Assembly (NCBI RefSeq): GCF_964355755.1
Contig: NC_092679.1
Location: 8,152,201-8,216,200 of the forward strand
DNA from: Antedon mediterranea
Lineage: Eukaryota; Animalia; Echinodermata
Reading direction: 5' to 3'
Length of the DNA: 64,000 bases
Shown: positions 25,793 through 38,381 of the stretch, piece after piece
How the letters are laid out: the number at the start of each line of letters is the position of its first letter
Numbering within the stretch: position 1 is the stretch's first letter
The notes under the pieces: generated by a model
Databases searched by the model: none
What the model saw: the letters and a program-made list of their open reading frames with translations, nothing else
Told to the model about the DNA's origin: nothing
Program-made: the position numbers and the translations under genes

Positions 25793-28700
25793 TAGTGTAG
25801 GCTGGTATGTCGTTTATATGAATGTCGTGTATATTTTTTGTTAAAAGCAAACTTTGACTTTATTTCATATCTTGATAATATAAGGAATGAAAAAAAATAT
25901 GTTGCCATTTTTTCAAAAGACATTTAAAGGACCAAATTCAAGATGGCCGCCAACATTCAAATAAAGGCTGGTTTCCTGTCGACGTAAGAAGTCGAATTTT
26001 GTAACGATTCTTGCGTTTTATACGTTTCTTACGTCTCTTACGAAAGTTGAGAAAAAATTGACGTCGTTGACGTTAGTCAAGATCGTGTCGGGCCGCAGAA
26101 AAACATCTGTAGTTATGCTGCTCCCGAAAGTTGAAATTTTAGCTGTGAAACACACGTCGTATGCTTACGTCGATTTTAGTGTTGTTACGAAAGTTGAAAT
26201 TTTTTTCTTACGTCGGTCAGATTTATGACGTATTTGAAACAACATCTCTGATTGGTGTTTCTTTTTAGAGCGGGTTTTATCATTTTTCGCGCGAAATGTT
26301 GAATGATGTTATTGTACCTGTAGCTACTCAGCATCAGTGTCAGTGCAACTCAGCATCAGTGTCAGTGCAGCACACCAACATATTATTTTTAGTAGATAGG
26401 CTAGGCCCTAGTATTAGTAATAATACTTAATTAATACTGTACTAATAGGAATTGATTTGACCAAAATCTAATCAAACTAGCCTATAAGGAGCCTAGGCTA
26501 GTAGGCCTATGTATTATTGTATGAATCAAAATATGAATGAATTATCCTGGCCCTTTAGGCCTAGCCTTAAATAGTTTTCAAAATTAAAAAAAGGCAAATC
26601 ATTTCGGGATTCCTATTATTATTAGACCACCTAGGCCCTAGGCTATGCCTCGGCCTATGGGCCCAGGCATACTCTAATCGAGCATGAGATAGTACTACCG
26701 CAGTAAGATACCCATTATTTACAGGCCTATAATAAGAATAAATTTAACAAAACAATATAAATTATACAAAATCAAGCAAACAATTTTTTTTTAAAGTTAC
26801 ATAATAATATTATATTGCTAAGGGGCTTTCTATATCTTATCTTGTTGCAAATGTTCATTTTCGTGACGTTTCTACCGATGCTGATTGTTTATTGCACGTC
26901 CATAAATAAGAGTATTAGATTTTGATATGAGTTGTAAACTCCCTGATTAGAACATTATTAGGCCTATATTGACACTACTGTGCATTTGTAAAGTATGTAC
27001 AACATCGTAAAGTGGGCTAAAATTATAGTAGTAAATACATACAAATGTTATTGTCCGGCTTTATTTCACTATAAGGACATACACATTACGTCATAACTCT
27101 TGTCGCTCATTGGTTGCTTGTTACGATTGCGCTTACGTCTCTTGCGAAAGTTGACTTCAAGTCAACTTTCGTAAGAGACGTAAGAAACGTGACGCAAGGG
27201 CGTTCATTCAAGCGTAAGATCAAAAATCCCGGTTTCCTGTAAAATCGGAAGAAAACGTCGTAACGCAACAATTGTTAGGTCATCGGTTTCCTGTAAAATC
27301 GTTTGTCGTTACCATTTTTCTTACGTTGCGTCGATTTTGTAAATTTTGGATCGTAATCGGTTTCCTGTAAAATCCGCATTTCTTACGACAAATCGACGTA
27401 GTCGCAACAAAAGTGATGTTCTTACGTCGACAGGAAACCAGCTTTAACCCTATTAAAAATCAGAATATCACCAATAATATAAATTATGAATGTGGAACAA
27501 GTCCGTTTTGATGGTATTACTGTACCCATTATACAATCCTAACTATGTAAAGCGATAATCTGTCGGCCATCTTGGATTTCAAAATGGCCGCCACTAAAAA
27601 TTAAATTCTTTAAATATTTTTTTTTTAAATATGTGTGCATAAATTGTTGTTTGTACACAATGTTCTAAAATTGTCACTTCTCACAGGATTGTAAATTGTA
27701 AATATAAGGCTAAAGTTGTCAATGTCCTCTATATAACAGATATATAATACCCCACTATGACTATTAAATTAAATAATCGTTCAAAGTTGGAGTTGCAAAA
27801 GTATGAAACAACTTAACAATTTATATCAAATATTCAACAACAATTACGTCTAACTAGAGGGTTAGACCTCTAGTTTGCTCGCTCTCCTCTAGGAAGTGTA
27901 ATCGAAGGTTCTCGGAATGATAATGACTCGGGTAAAAAGGTTTTACAAGGACGTTCTCCTTGTACGTTTTCTGTCGGTTACCATTATTGAAAATACTTGA
28001 CATTCGAAAAACTAAACCTACTCTGTTTCACAGTGTCTTAAATGATTAATAACATTTTAAAGTATAGTGTTTATTGTTTTTATAGGGCGGAGGTGGGGAG
28101 GCAGAGTTCATTTGAGGGAGATGCTTATTCGAGGGATTTTTTAGTTTTAATAACATCGTAACATTTATAATTAAATAAAATCCTCTAATAGATATGAAAA
28201 GTGGTAAAAAATTATAGCAAATGCTTGGTAAATTATAGTTAACAGTGTAATGAATTCTATTATAAATAGTATATACAATATTGTGTGTATAATTAATGTG
28301 GATGGGCGTTTATTAGATAGTTGGGTAGGGGGGTGGGTGGGTGTAGGCGATTATTATTCAAAGTGATGTTTTATTGGGGAGGCGTTTATTCAAATAAATA
28401 CCATCATAATACATTATTTAATTTAAACATCTTTTGAAACTAACTTCCGCGACAGTCTAGGCCGTTTCGGCCCAAGAAGGAAGATGTTTTAGACGGCTTG
28501 CAATATGGGCCCTAATGGGACACAGATAGCCTACAGTTATTCCTGCCAGCTTACTCAATAAAACTCGGCTATCGGGATTTTATTTTTTAACTACTGTACC
28601 TTCACACGCGCGGTCCGATCCGAAAATAAACAAAAAACTAAAATAGCTATAGCCACTAACGACCAACTTAACTGAAACCAGGTAGTTGCAAGGTGAACCT

Positions 28701-30948
28701 GTGAACTCATCGTGAACCCGGAAATTACTTTGACCGCGTACAATTGAAATTGAGTTGAAATCTACCGATGAATCAGAAATTTTGTTTTAAAACTCTTTAT
28801 AATATATTCCTAAGATAGAAATATGGAACAATATCGTAATAGTGAAAACTGTTTTACATTTTGCGGTACACCTGAGATAGTTCTGGTAGGTATCCAAGGC
28901 AGAAATTTGTTACAAAGTTTTTCCATTGTGCTCGCCTATGTCAGAATTAACCATAATTTATATATAGATTCTAAATCACAGATCTCATTTCTTTTCATGA
29001 AACTGAAACTTGACAGGAGACAGGACCACAATATAAAACAAGTGCATTTATACCTTATTGTGAAATCCTGTACAAATATGTTAAATAATAAATGCGTTAT
29101 TGCTATGTAATTCAATGTCTGAACCTTCAGGGCCATAGTCACCAGTATGGTTGGTAAGTTTTCAACCTGTCAACGTTTGGCAGAAGCTTGAAGGAAATAC
29201 AGATACAGCTCTGCCTATAAATAACCTTGTAAATGAATGAACTCCTACTTCTCATCTTCTACAATCTCAACCAATTTCATTAGATATGTACCCCATACAG
29301 ACAGACCAGCATTATACACTGGTTTGATGAGTGCACATGGTTGTGGTATAAAAACTCATGTACTAGGGAAAGACAAGAATGCCTGGTGATGACTCTTGCC
29401 CGAGATGAGTGGAGGTGGACAGAGATGACATCAAAAAGCAATTATTATATCGACCCGGTGAACTATATGGCTTTTGGACATTGTGAAAATAGTGTTGAGG
29501 CAAGTGCTTTTGTTGAAACTGAACTTGTATTACCTATACAACCAGTGACACAAATATCTTAAATGGAAAACATCTCTAAAGGACAGAAGAACACAAATTC
29601 TGCTTTCTCTCTACAACTTGCTTCTACAAATTCAGACAGAGAAAGAGATTCTAAGTTAAGTATCATTTTGTTTGAAAGAGGCTGATCATAAAGATATTAA
29701 CTTGAATACAGAGAGTCGACGAAATCTAAATGATGTGGTTAAACTACATCCCTATTATGTATATGAGAGGACATGTATGCGTGGGACTTGCTGAATTTAC
29801 ATCAATTGACCAGGGTCATTGAGCGTGGTATCATTGGAATAACACAAATTAATGATTTCATCAGAGCTGGCAAATCTAGTTAACATTTAAAGAGAGATGA
29901 TATCCCGATTAATGAAGAATGCTGCAATTCGCACAAAGGTGTTTGTTGGCCATGGCATGATGAAATTGGACAGAAAATGTTTGAGGCATTGGTAAAAGTC
30001 TTGTAGAAGGCAAACTGTCTATATGGGATCCTAAGAAAAAGACGAATATTGGCAAAATATATATATGACGGTGAATACAGGTGACAAACTTATCAAAGTA
30101 AAAGAAGACTCCTATAGAGATTATTTGCCGGTGAAATTAGGTATTTCAGTTATTTTGCCAATTTGTTTCTGAACAAGGTTGTTGGGAACGCAGATCAGTC
30201 TGTGGAAGTTCGATGGATACAGTAGTAGAGAACGAAGGAAGGTCAACTTACTGTATCGCATTCAAGATTAGAAATATTTCATTGAAGGACTTTGGCAGAG
30301 TTAGTTGTCATTTAACTGAAGAAGTTTATGAGATGTTTTAATATGAAGAAGTGTACTGTCAGTACTGTAGACCTCCTGATGGTCAACATTTTGTGTTAAT
30401 CACCATGTTGTTGTCATAAGCACGTCATTTTGTGTATTTCAATCTAATTTTATTTAACTTATACAAGTTTTAATAAGAAATTTAACCCATTATTAAAAAA
30501 TGGCGGCCATTTTAAAATTCAAAATGGCCGACATTTTGTGTTAATCACCAATGTTGTTGTCATAGGCCTATCATTTTATGTGATTTCAATCAACGTCATA
30601 ACTTGCACATATTTTAATAAGAAATTTAATCCATTTTTAAAAAATGGCGGCCATTTTGAAATTCAAAATGTCAGAATACTAATGAATATAGGTTTATAAT
30701 AATTCTTATATAGCAGAGAACCCATATGAACTTAAAATATTATTCATAATGGGTGTTACTTTGTCCAATATGGTACATTTATTGGATATTTTACGTATTG
30801 GCGGCCATCTTGGATTTGACACCCTTAAGCTTTTTTAAAAAAATGGCAACATATTTTTTTCATTACTTTACATCCTAAAGACACTAAATCAGCTGGAATT
30901 TTGCTTTTAACAAAAAAATGACACGAAATTACATAGTGGCCTACACTA
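25793..30948. mobile_element. Academ-like DNA transposon, decayed
   Basis: TAC|TAGTGTAGGC ... GCCTACACTA|TAC (TAG...CTA termini, 3-bp TSD); TIRs continue through TTTTTTGTTAAAAGCAA and AATATGTTGCCATTTTTT; subterminal AARATGGCCGCC motifs; broken coding-like sequence ~28820-30350. Confidence 0.75.
25965..27444. mobile_element. PIF/Harbinger-like MITE nested in the left TIR of the Academ-like element
   Basis: TAA|AGGCTGGTTTCCTGTCGACGTAAGAA ... TTCTTACGTCGACAGGAAACCAGCTT|TAA; 3-bp TAA TSD; internal GGTTTCCTGTAAAATC and CGAAAGTTGA repeats. Confidence 0.85.
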
Positions 30949-31399
30949 TACCTAAAAAAATTGTCTGCCAGCAGATAGGTTTTTGGTTGAATTTAACCGT
31001 TTATTTTGTCATTTTATAAGCGAAATATTATTTTTTCGGGGTTTGTTTCTTCGAGAAAAGGTTATTTTATTCAAACTGTCTTTATTTACAAAACAACATT
31101 TTCTGTTATTGCATCTTAATTTTACATAAGCTCTGTCTATACTATTAAACTAGTTTTACAAAAGTGTGTGATGTGCCTAAATATGGTAGTGATATGACAT
31201 CATCATGTCCATATGGGCACATGGCATTTTTGTTGTTAAATAAAGTTTGAGAAAAAATATGATATGCCATAGTTTGATTGTAATAAGTGCCTACTTCATC
31301 ATGATCTCCTCAATTATATTGTAGGCTACACAAAATGATGATTGATATGACAAAATGTTGGAAGAGTAGATCGAATGAGCATCGACGCGTGTTACTAAC

Positions 31400-31490
31400 A
31401 CAAATGCCATGGGTGCGAATCCCACTGGTTTGAGTCAATTGAAGCATACAGTGGATGGAAGAAGTTAAAGCTATACGAGCTTCTATTTGT
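31400..31490 (+). mobile_element. SINE fragment (same family as 2095-2345)
   Basis: GGGTGCGAATCCC followed by GAGTCAATTGAAGCATACAGTGGATGGAAGAAGTTAAAGCTATACGAGCTTCT. Confidence 0.55.
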
Positions 31491-31529
31491 GGGATTCACA
31501 GAACTATCAAATACATATTGTTATTAATA

Positions 31530-31994
31530 GGCCCATGCTTAAATGTCCAGAAACAAGTTAAATGTAATTGAAAGAGTACAACGTCGTGCGACTAAATTAG
31601 TTCCATGTATCCGTTCATATTCATATGAAGATCGACTAAAGCTTCTTGGCCTAACAACCTTGTACGACAGAAGAATTCGAGGTGACCTGATTGAAGCATA
31701 TAAAATTTCGAGGGTGTAGCCAAGGATGACTTTTTCCAAATGAGAAGTAACATTAGCCGAATTACTCGAGGACATCACCTGAGATTTTTCAAGCCTATTT
31801 TCCATAAAGGATTGAACTGTAGAAGACATACCTTCTCGCAACGAGTAATAAACCATTGGAACAGTTTACCAGCTGACATTGTTAATTCTGAGACCACTAA
31901 CACCTTCAAGAATCGCATCGACACAATGTAGTTGATATGGGGTTAAAAAGGCATTCGCCTAAACTTTCCCATTATAACTAAACTAAACTAAACT
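31530..31994 (+). mobile_element. 5'-truncated CR1-like LINE 3' end
   Basis: Reads IERVQRRATKLVP, YEDRLKLLGLTTL..RRIRGDLIEAYK, TRGHHLRFFK, FSQRVINHWNSLP, FKNRID; (ACTAA)n tail at ~31977-31994. Confidence 0.85.
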
Positions 31995-32476
31995 AGAACA
32001 ATAAGTATTGATAGCGTACACCTTAATCATTAATATTTTAAAATTACAGACTATATCTTGATTAAATATTGTTAACATTTTCCATGCGTTTTTCCCAGAG
32101 TGTCAGTAGTTGTTTTTCTCCTTCCCTTATTATGTGTCCAAGATATTTAATTTGTCTTTTAATTTCTTTTAGCAGACTCCGATGATATTGCATTATGTTG
32201 AAAATGTCTATACATTTTGACAACCTGTCTCTCAATGAAACTTTAAAACTTTAAATTATTTTTAATGAACAATACATTTAAATTTGCATATTTATATACT
32301 AAAAAGATAATAAACCTATTTCTATGCTTTATAGAATCATATTCTTTTATATTTCAAATGCTCTGCGTGATGTTCGACCTGTTCAATATTCATTGTTCTC
32401 TTGTTAAAGGCATTATGGGCGTGCCATAGATACTTTGTTTGGTTGACCTCCATGAACCGTGAACGACCTCGTGAAC

Positions 32477-35400
32477 GAGGTATATTCAGAGCGTCATTTC
32501 GACGATCGAGCATTCTCTACTTCTACGGAGCGCCATTTATGCCTTTATTTACTTCCGAATTAGAAATTACTACGGTAACTGCTCCAGTGGACCAAATTTA
32601 GCACCGGTGGAGCACAGCGGATATAAAATAGAAATAAGTCACTAATTTTAATATCTTTTCGTATGTAAATACATTGTGCTCAAGTGGACACAATTTGGCG
32701 CCAGTGAGGAGCACAGTGATGCAAAATAGAAATAAGTCACTGAATTTTAATATTATTTCGTATGTTAATAACACTGTGCTCAAGTGGACCCAATTTGGAG
32801 CCAGGGGAGCACAATAATATAATATAGAAATAAATCACTGAATTTTAATATCTTTTCGTATGTTAATACACTGTGCTCAAGTGGACCCAATTTGGAGCCA
32901 GGGGAGCACAGTGATATAAAATAGAAATAAGTCAATGATTTTTAGTATCTTTTCGTATGTTAATACACTGTGCTCAAGTGGACCCAATTTGGAGCCAGGG
33001 GAGCACAGGAAGAGTGATATAAAATAAGACACTGAATTTTAATATCTTTTCGTATGTTAATACACTGTGCTCAAGTGGACCCAACCCAATTTGGAGGCAG
33101 AGGAGCACATGTGATATAATAGAAAAAAGTCACTGAATTTTAATATCTTTTCGTTTGTTAATACACTGTGCTCTGTGCTATGCCTCTTTAATGTATATAA
33201 TCATAGTATTTATATTACTTATTTACATTGTTTTATGTTTTATTGTATGCTTTGAGTGCTGGTGTGGCACGCCTTATGGCGACAGTGGTCCTTCGACCTC
33301 TTTTGCCACTCCTTGGCACACTCAAAGTCTATGTATTGTTTTAATTGCTAAAATTAATAAAATAAAAGTGGACCCAATTTGGGGCCAGTGGAGCACACCA
33401 CAGTGATATAAAATAGAAAAAAGTCACTAAATTTTAATTTTCGTATGTTAATACACTGTGCTCAAGTGGACACAATTTGGAGCCAGTGGAGCACAGTGAT
33501 ATAAAATAGAAATAAGTCACTGAATTTTAATATCTTTTCGTATGTTAATACACTGTGCTCAAGTGGACCCAATTTGGAGCCAGTGGAGCACAGTGATATA
33601 AAATAGAAATAAGTCACTGAATTTTAATATCTTTTCTTATGTACACTGTGCTCAAGTGGACGCGATTTGGAGCCAGTGGAGCACAGTGATATAAAATAGA
33701 AATAAATCACTGAATTTTAATATCTTTTCGTATGTTAATACACTGTGCTCACGTGGACCCAATTTGGCGCGCGCGCCAGTGAGCACAGTAATATAAAATA
33801 GAAAAAAAGTCACTAAATTATAATATCTTTTCGTATTTTAATACACTGTGCTCAAGTGGACCCAATTTGGCACCAATGGGAGCACAGGAAAATAGTCACA
33901 TACAAAAACATCGAGAAAAAATACTTCTGGAATTTAAAAATATTTCAAACTTGGTATATTTGTTCAATATCGGTTACTCCATCCGTAAACCAAAAGAAAA
34001 AATAGTTTCAAGCCATATCAGTGATTTTAATAACTTGCGTTTGCTTAAGATAATACTTACGAAAAAAACATACAATTCCGACACATATGTTAAACTCTAA
34101 TAATGATTTTTATAATAAAAAACCGGTTAGGAATTCGATTTTTTCCCTGTAAATTGAGCAATTTAAATTTAAAATATACCAAGAAATATATAATTGAAAT
34201 TAAGGAGTATTTTTTGTTTACAAAAGAAGTTCGTATGTTAATACACTGTGCTCCAGTGGATCCAATTTGGCGCCAGTGGAGCACAGGGAAATAGTTCACA
34301 TACAAAAACATCAAGAAAAAATACTTCTGGATTTCAAAAATATTTCAAACTTGGTATATAAGTTCAATATCGGTTACTCCATCCGTAATGCAAAAGAAAA
34401 ATTAGTTTCAAGCCATATCAGTGATTTTAGTAATTTTCGTTCGTTTAAAATGTATATTTATGATAGAACATAGAATTCCAACACATTTTTTAAACTTTGA
34501 ATTTTGATCGTCATAAAATAATTGTCCTACACATTTGAAATTTGGTAGTATACGTTCAATAGGTTACTACACGTTCAATATGTTACTACATAATTCATAT
34601 TTTTAACATATGTCTTTTTTTTTAATCGCTAAAGTTTTAAAAAATGTGTTGGAATTGTATGTTCTTTCATAAGTATTTATCTTAGACAAACGCAAGTTAT
34701 TAAAATCACTAATGTGGCTTGAAACTAATTTTTCTTTTGCATTACGGATGGAGTAACCGATATTGAACTTATATACCAAGTTTGAAATATTTTTGAATTA
34801 CATAAATATTTTTTCTGGAAGTTTTTGTATGTGACTATTTCCCTGTGCTCCACTGGCGCCAAATTGGATCCACTGGAGCACAGTGTATTAACATACGAAC
34901 ATTTCTTTTGTAAAAAAAAAATACTCCTTGATTTCAATATATATTTCTTGGTATATTTTAAATTTAAGTTGCTCAATTTACAGGGAAAAAAATCGAATTC
35001 CTAACCGTTTTTTTGTTGTTGTCAAAATCATTATTAGAGTTTAACATAATATGGGTCGGAATTGTATGTTTTTTCATAAGTATTATCTTAAGCGAACGCA
35101 AGTTATTAAAATCACTGATGTGGCTTGTAACTATTTCTTCTTTTGGTTTACGGATGGAGTAACCGATATTGAACAAATATACCAAGTTTGAAATATTTTT
35201 TAATTCCAGAAGTATTTTTTCTCGATGTTTTTGTATGTGACTATTTCCCTGTGCTCCCATTGGTGCCAAATTGGGTCCACTTGAGCACAGTGTATTAACA
35301 TACGAAAAGATATAAAAATTTAGTGACTTTTTTCTATTTTATATTACTGTGCTCACTGGCGCGCGCGCCAAATTGGGTCCACGTAAGCACAGTGTATTAA

Positions 35401-36680
35401 CATACGAAAAGATATTAAAATTCAGTGACTTATTTCTATTTTATATCACAGTGCTCCCCTGGCTCCAAATCGGGTCCACTTGAGCATAGTGTATATTAAA
35501 TACGAAAAGATATTAAAATTCAGTGACTTTTTCCATTTTATATCACTGTGCTCCACTGGCGCCAAATTGGGTCCACTTGAGCACAGTGTATTGACATACG
35601 AAAATATATTAACATTCAATGACTTATTTCTATTTTATATCACTGTGCTCTCCTGGCACCAAATTGGGTCCACTTGAGCACAGTGTATTAACATACAAAA
35701 AGATATTCAAATTCAGTGACTTTTTTCTATTTTATATCACTGTGCTCCCCTGCCTCCAAATTGGGTCCACTTGAGCACAGTTTATTAACATACGAAAAGA
35801 TATTAAAATTCAGTGACTTATTTCTATTTTATATCACTCTTCCTGTGCTCCCCTGGCTCCAAATTGGGTCCCCTTTTGAGCACAGTGTATTAACATACGA
35901 AAAGATACTAAAAATCATTTACTTATTTCTATTTTATATCACTGTGCTCTCCTGGCACCAAATTGGGTCCACTTGAGCACAGTGTATTAACATACAAAAA
36001 GATATTCAAATTCAGTGACTTTTTTCTATTTTATATCACTGTGCTCCCCTGCCTCCAAATTGGGTCCACTTGAGCACAGTTTATTAACATACGAAAAGAT
36101 ATTAAAATTCAGTGACTTATTTCTATTTTATATCACTCTTCTTGTGCTCCCCTGGCTCCAAATTGGGTCCCCTTTTGAGCACAGTGTATTAACATACGAA
36201 AAGATACTAAAAATCATTTACTTATTTCTATTTTATATCACTGTGCTCTCCTGGCTCCAAATTGGTTCCATTTGAGCACAGTGTATTAACATACGGAAAG
36301 ATATTAAAATTCAGTGATTTATTTCTATTTTATATCATTGTGCTCCCCTGGCTCCAAATTGGATCCACTTGAGCACAGTGTTATTAACATACGAAAAGAT
36401 ATTAAAATTCACAGTGACTAATTATTTCTATTTTATATCACTGTGCTCCTCACTGGCGCCAAATTGTGTCCACTTGAGCACAGTGTATTTACATACAAAG
36501 AGATATTAAAATTAGTGACTTATTTCTTTTTATATCACTGTGCTCCACCGGTGCAAAATTTGGTCCACTGGAGCAGTTACCGTAGTACTATTTCTAATTC
36601 GGAAGTAAATAAAGGCATAAATGGCGCTCCGTAGAAGTAGAGAATGCTCGATCGTCGAAATGACGCTCTGAATATACCTC
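32477..36680. mobile_element. Foldback element B, copy 2 (~4.2 kb), inverted relative to copy 1
   Basis: Same GAGGTATATTCAGAGCG termini; arrays ~32580-33890 and ~35247-36575; core ~34500-34620 is the reverse complement of the copy 1 core. Confidence 0.92.
33173..33365 (+). mobile_element. ~190-bp insertion in one array unit, probable LINE 3' UTR
   Basis: Splits CACTGTGCTC|AAGTGG; T-rich, then a GC-rich stem region (GTGGCAC...GCCAC), ending AATAAAATAA. Confidence 0.55.
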
Positions 36681-37549
36681 CGTGGTGAACGGAGAACGAC
36701 CCAATCCCGTTTGTTGCTGAATTCATGTTTTTAACATAAATTCGGACTATTTTTGATATAAAAGTTAGGTTTTGATCATTGGTAATAAACAAGATCCGTA
36801 TCTACTTTCGTTTGGTATGTATTTGCAACATTCTGACTCTCGTTTGGTTCTAGGCCTAGGCTTGGTTAGCCTTAGCCTCTAGCTAGGCCTCTATCGTACT
36901 TTCTAGCCTAGGCCTAGGCTAGACCTAGGCCTAGCTAGGGCATATGACCGTTTCGGCCACAGACAGTTTCGGCCACAACAGATTTCTATGGCGCGACATT
37001 CACGCATATATTAGACCGTGCTATTGTTTTTGCTATTTATCGCATCTCCTGCTTTGTTGTATAGTATTTTTTATGACTATTTAGTATTAATTTATACGGC
37101 GTGTCACGCCAAATGAGGTACCACTGCCAAATGAGGTACCGCACTTAATTTGGCGTCTAAGGCGCCAAATTAGGTACTATTGCAAAATGAAGTTCTATTG
37201 TAATTTTGTAAAATACAGTTTAGCCTATATAAAACAAACATATTTAAGCCAGTATTAAACTACAATATGTATTCTGTGTTGTTACGCCTCTTATTAGATC
37301 AAGCTATTACATTAAATTAAATATAAAGCAGAAAATAGTTATCCTTTTTTGATTTTCGTCGAATAGATCGAATCGGAAGTGCTTCGGTCATGGTCCGCAA
37401 ATTATATGATACGCCTTGTGTGCCAAAATGTTTTTACTGCTTTTAGTTGAATCACCGCGTGTACAATTAAAACCAATAGATTGTGCTGCAGTGCAGATTG
37501 TCTTTAATTTGAAATTTATATTTATACTGGGTAAACTCTTCAGTCAAAG

Positions 37550-37712
37550 ACTGGTCTCCCAGATGGCCCAGTTGGTGATCAGTGGCTGTGATGTACTAAT
37601 ACACCGGGGTAACCCCCTACTCGTCTCGAAAGATGTACTAGGTTCTTTAAAGTGCACACGAGCTAGATGTGTACACTGGACCTACGGTTTATAGTCCTTA
37701 TCCGAGAAGACT
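37550..37712 (-). mobile_element. SINE fragment with Deu-domain-like core
   Basis: Reverse complement of 62576-62712; contains GGATAAGGACTATAAACCGTAGGTCC. Confidence 0.7.
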
Positions 37713-38381
37713 CATAAATGTAAAAATGTTACTGATGAATTGTAACGACATTGGGAATTAAAATTTGTTAAATAATATAGTACAGTAATGTGGGCTGTCT
37801 GCTTGGGGGTCTGTCTATCATATCAAGGTACAACATTTCGACGAAGCCAATTTAATATTTTCATTTTGTTTTAATATCTGTAGAATGCGTCGTCATTTAT
37901 TCTGACGCTAATACTGTAGGCCTATATACCGTAATCAGGCGGTATTATTAAGGCTAGCTCACGTACAGCAGAATTCACGTAGAATTATGTGGTGTTGTTG
38001 CTTGATTGTAAATTGCCCAGATTCTTCATTAGAAAAGAACTGATCAATTTGAATTGAATTAAGGTTAATTCTAGAACTGATATTAAGGAGTCTTTAGAAC
38101 AGATATTAAGATGTCCTCTATAAACGGAGTCCTCACAAACTCATATAAGAGGTCCTCTTGTAAAATCAGGTTCCCGTCGAATTTATTTTAGATAAGTAAC
38201 TAAATTATCATGGATTTCGTAACCACCATTCCATCGATAGCTTTTTTTTTCTCTTTTTTGGCGCAAACACCACTTTTATCCACATTCATATTATCTCATG
38301 TCATTACATAAAATCATATTATTTAACACATTTTAATTCCCAATGTCGTTACAATTCATCAGTAACATTTTTACATTTATG
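37711..38381. mobile_element. MITE-like element with ~65-bp inverted ends
   Basis: TCATAAATGTAAAAATGTTACTGATGAATTGTAACGACATTGGGAATTAAAA at 37711 and its reverse complement ending ~38381; TSD not resolved. Confidence 0.6.

Larger units (their letters stand above)
32330..36850. mobile_element. Family D foldback remnant hosting element B copy 2
   Basis: 32390-32445 and 36710-36845 are colinear with the contiguous 51180-51380 of the family D copy. Confidence 0.6.

Noticed and set aside
22922-32476. Inversion of the SPATA17 promoter and exon 1 between the two element B copies
   Set aside because: Each copy retains matching flanks on both sides (family A for copy 1, family D for copy 2), and exon 1 is correctly oriented to exon 2.
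19836-36792. Many short ORFs with GPLEHSVLTYEKIL-type repeats
   Set aside because: Translations of the 97-bp unit, which is not a multiple of three; frames break constantly on both strands.
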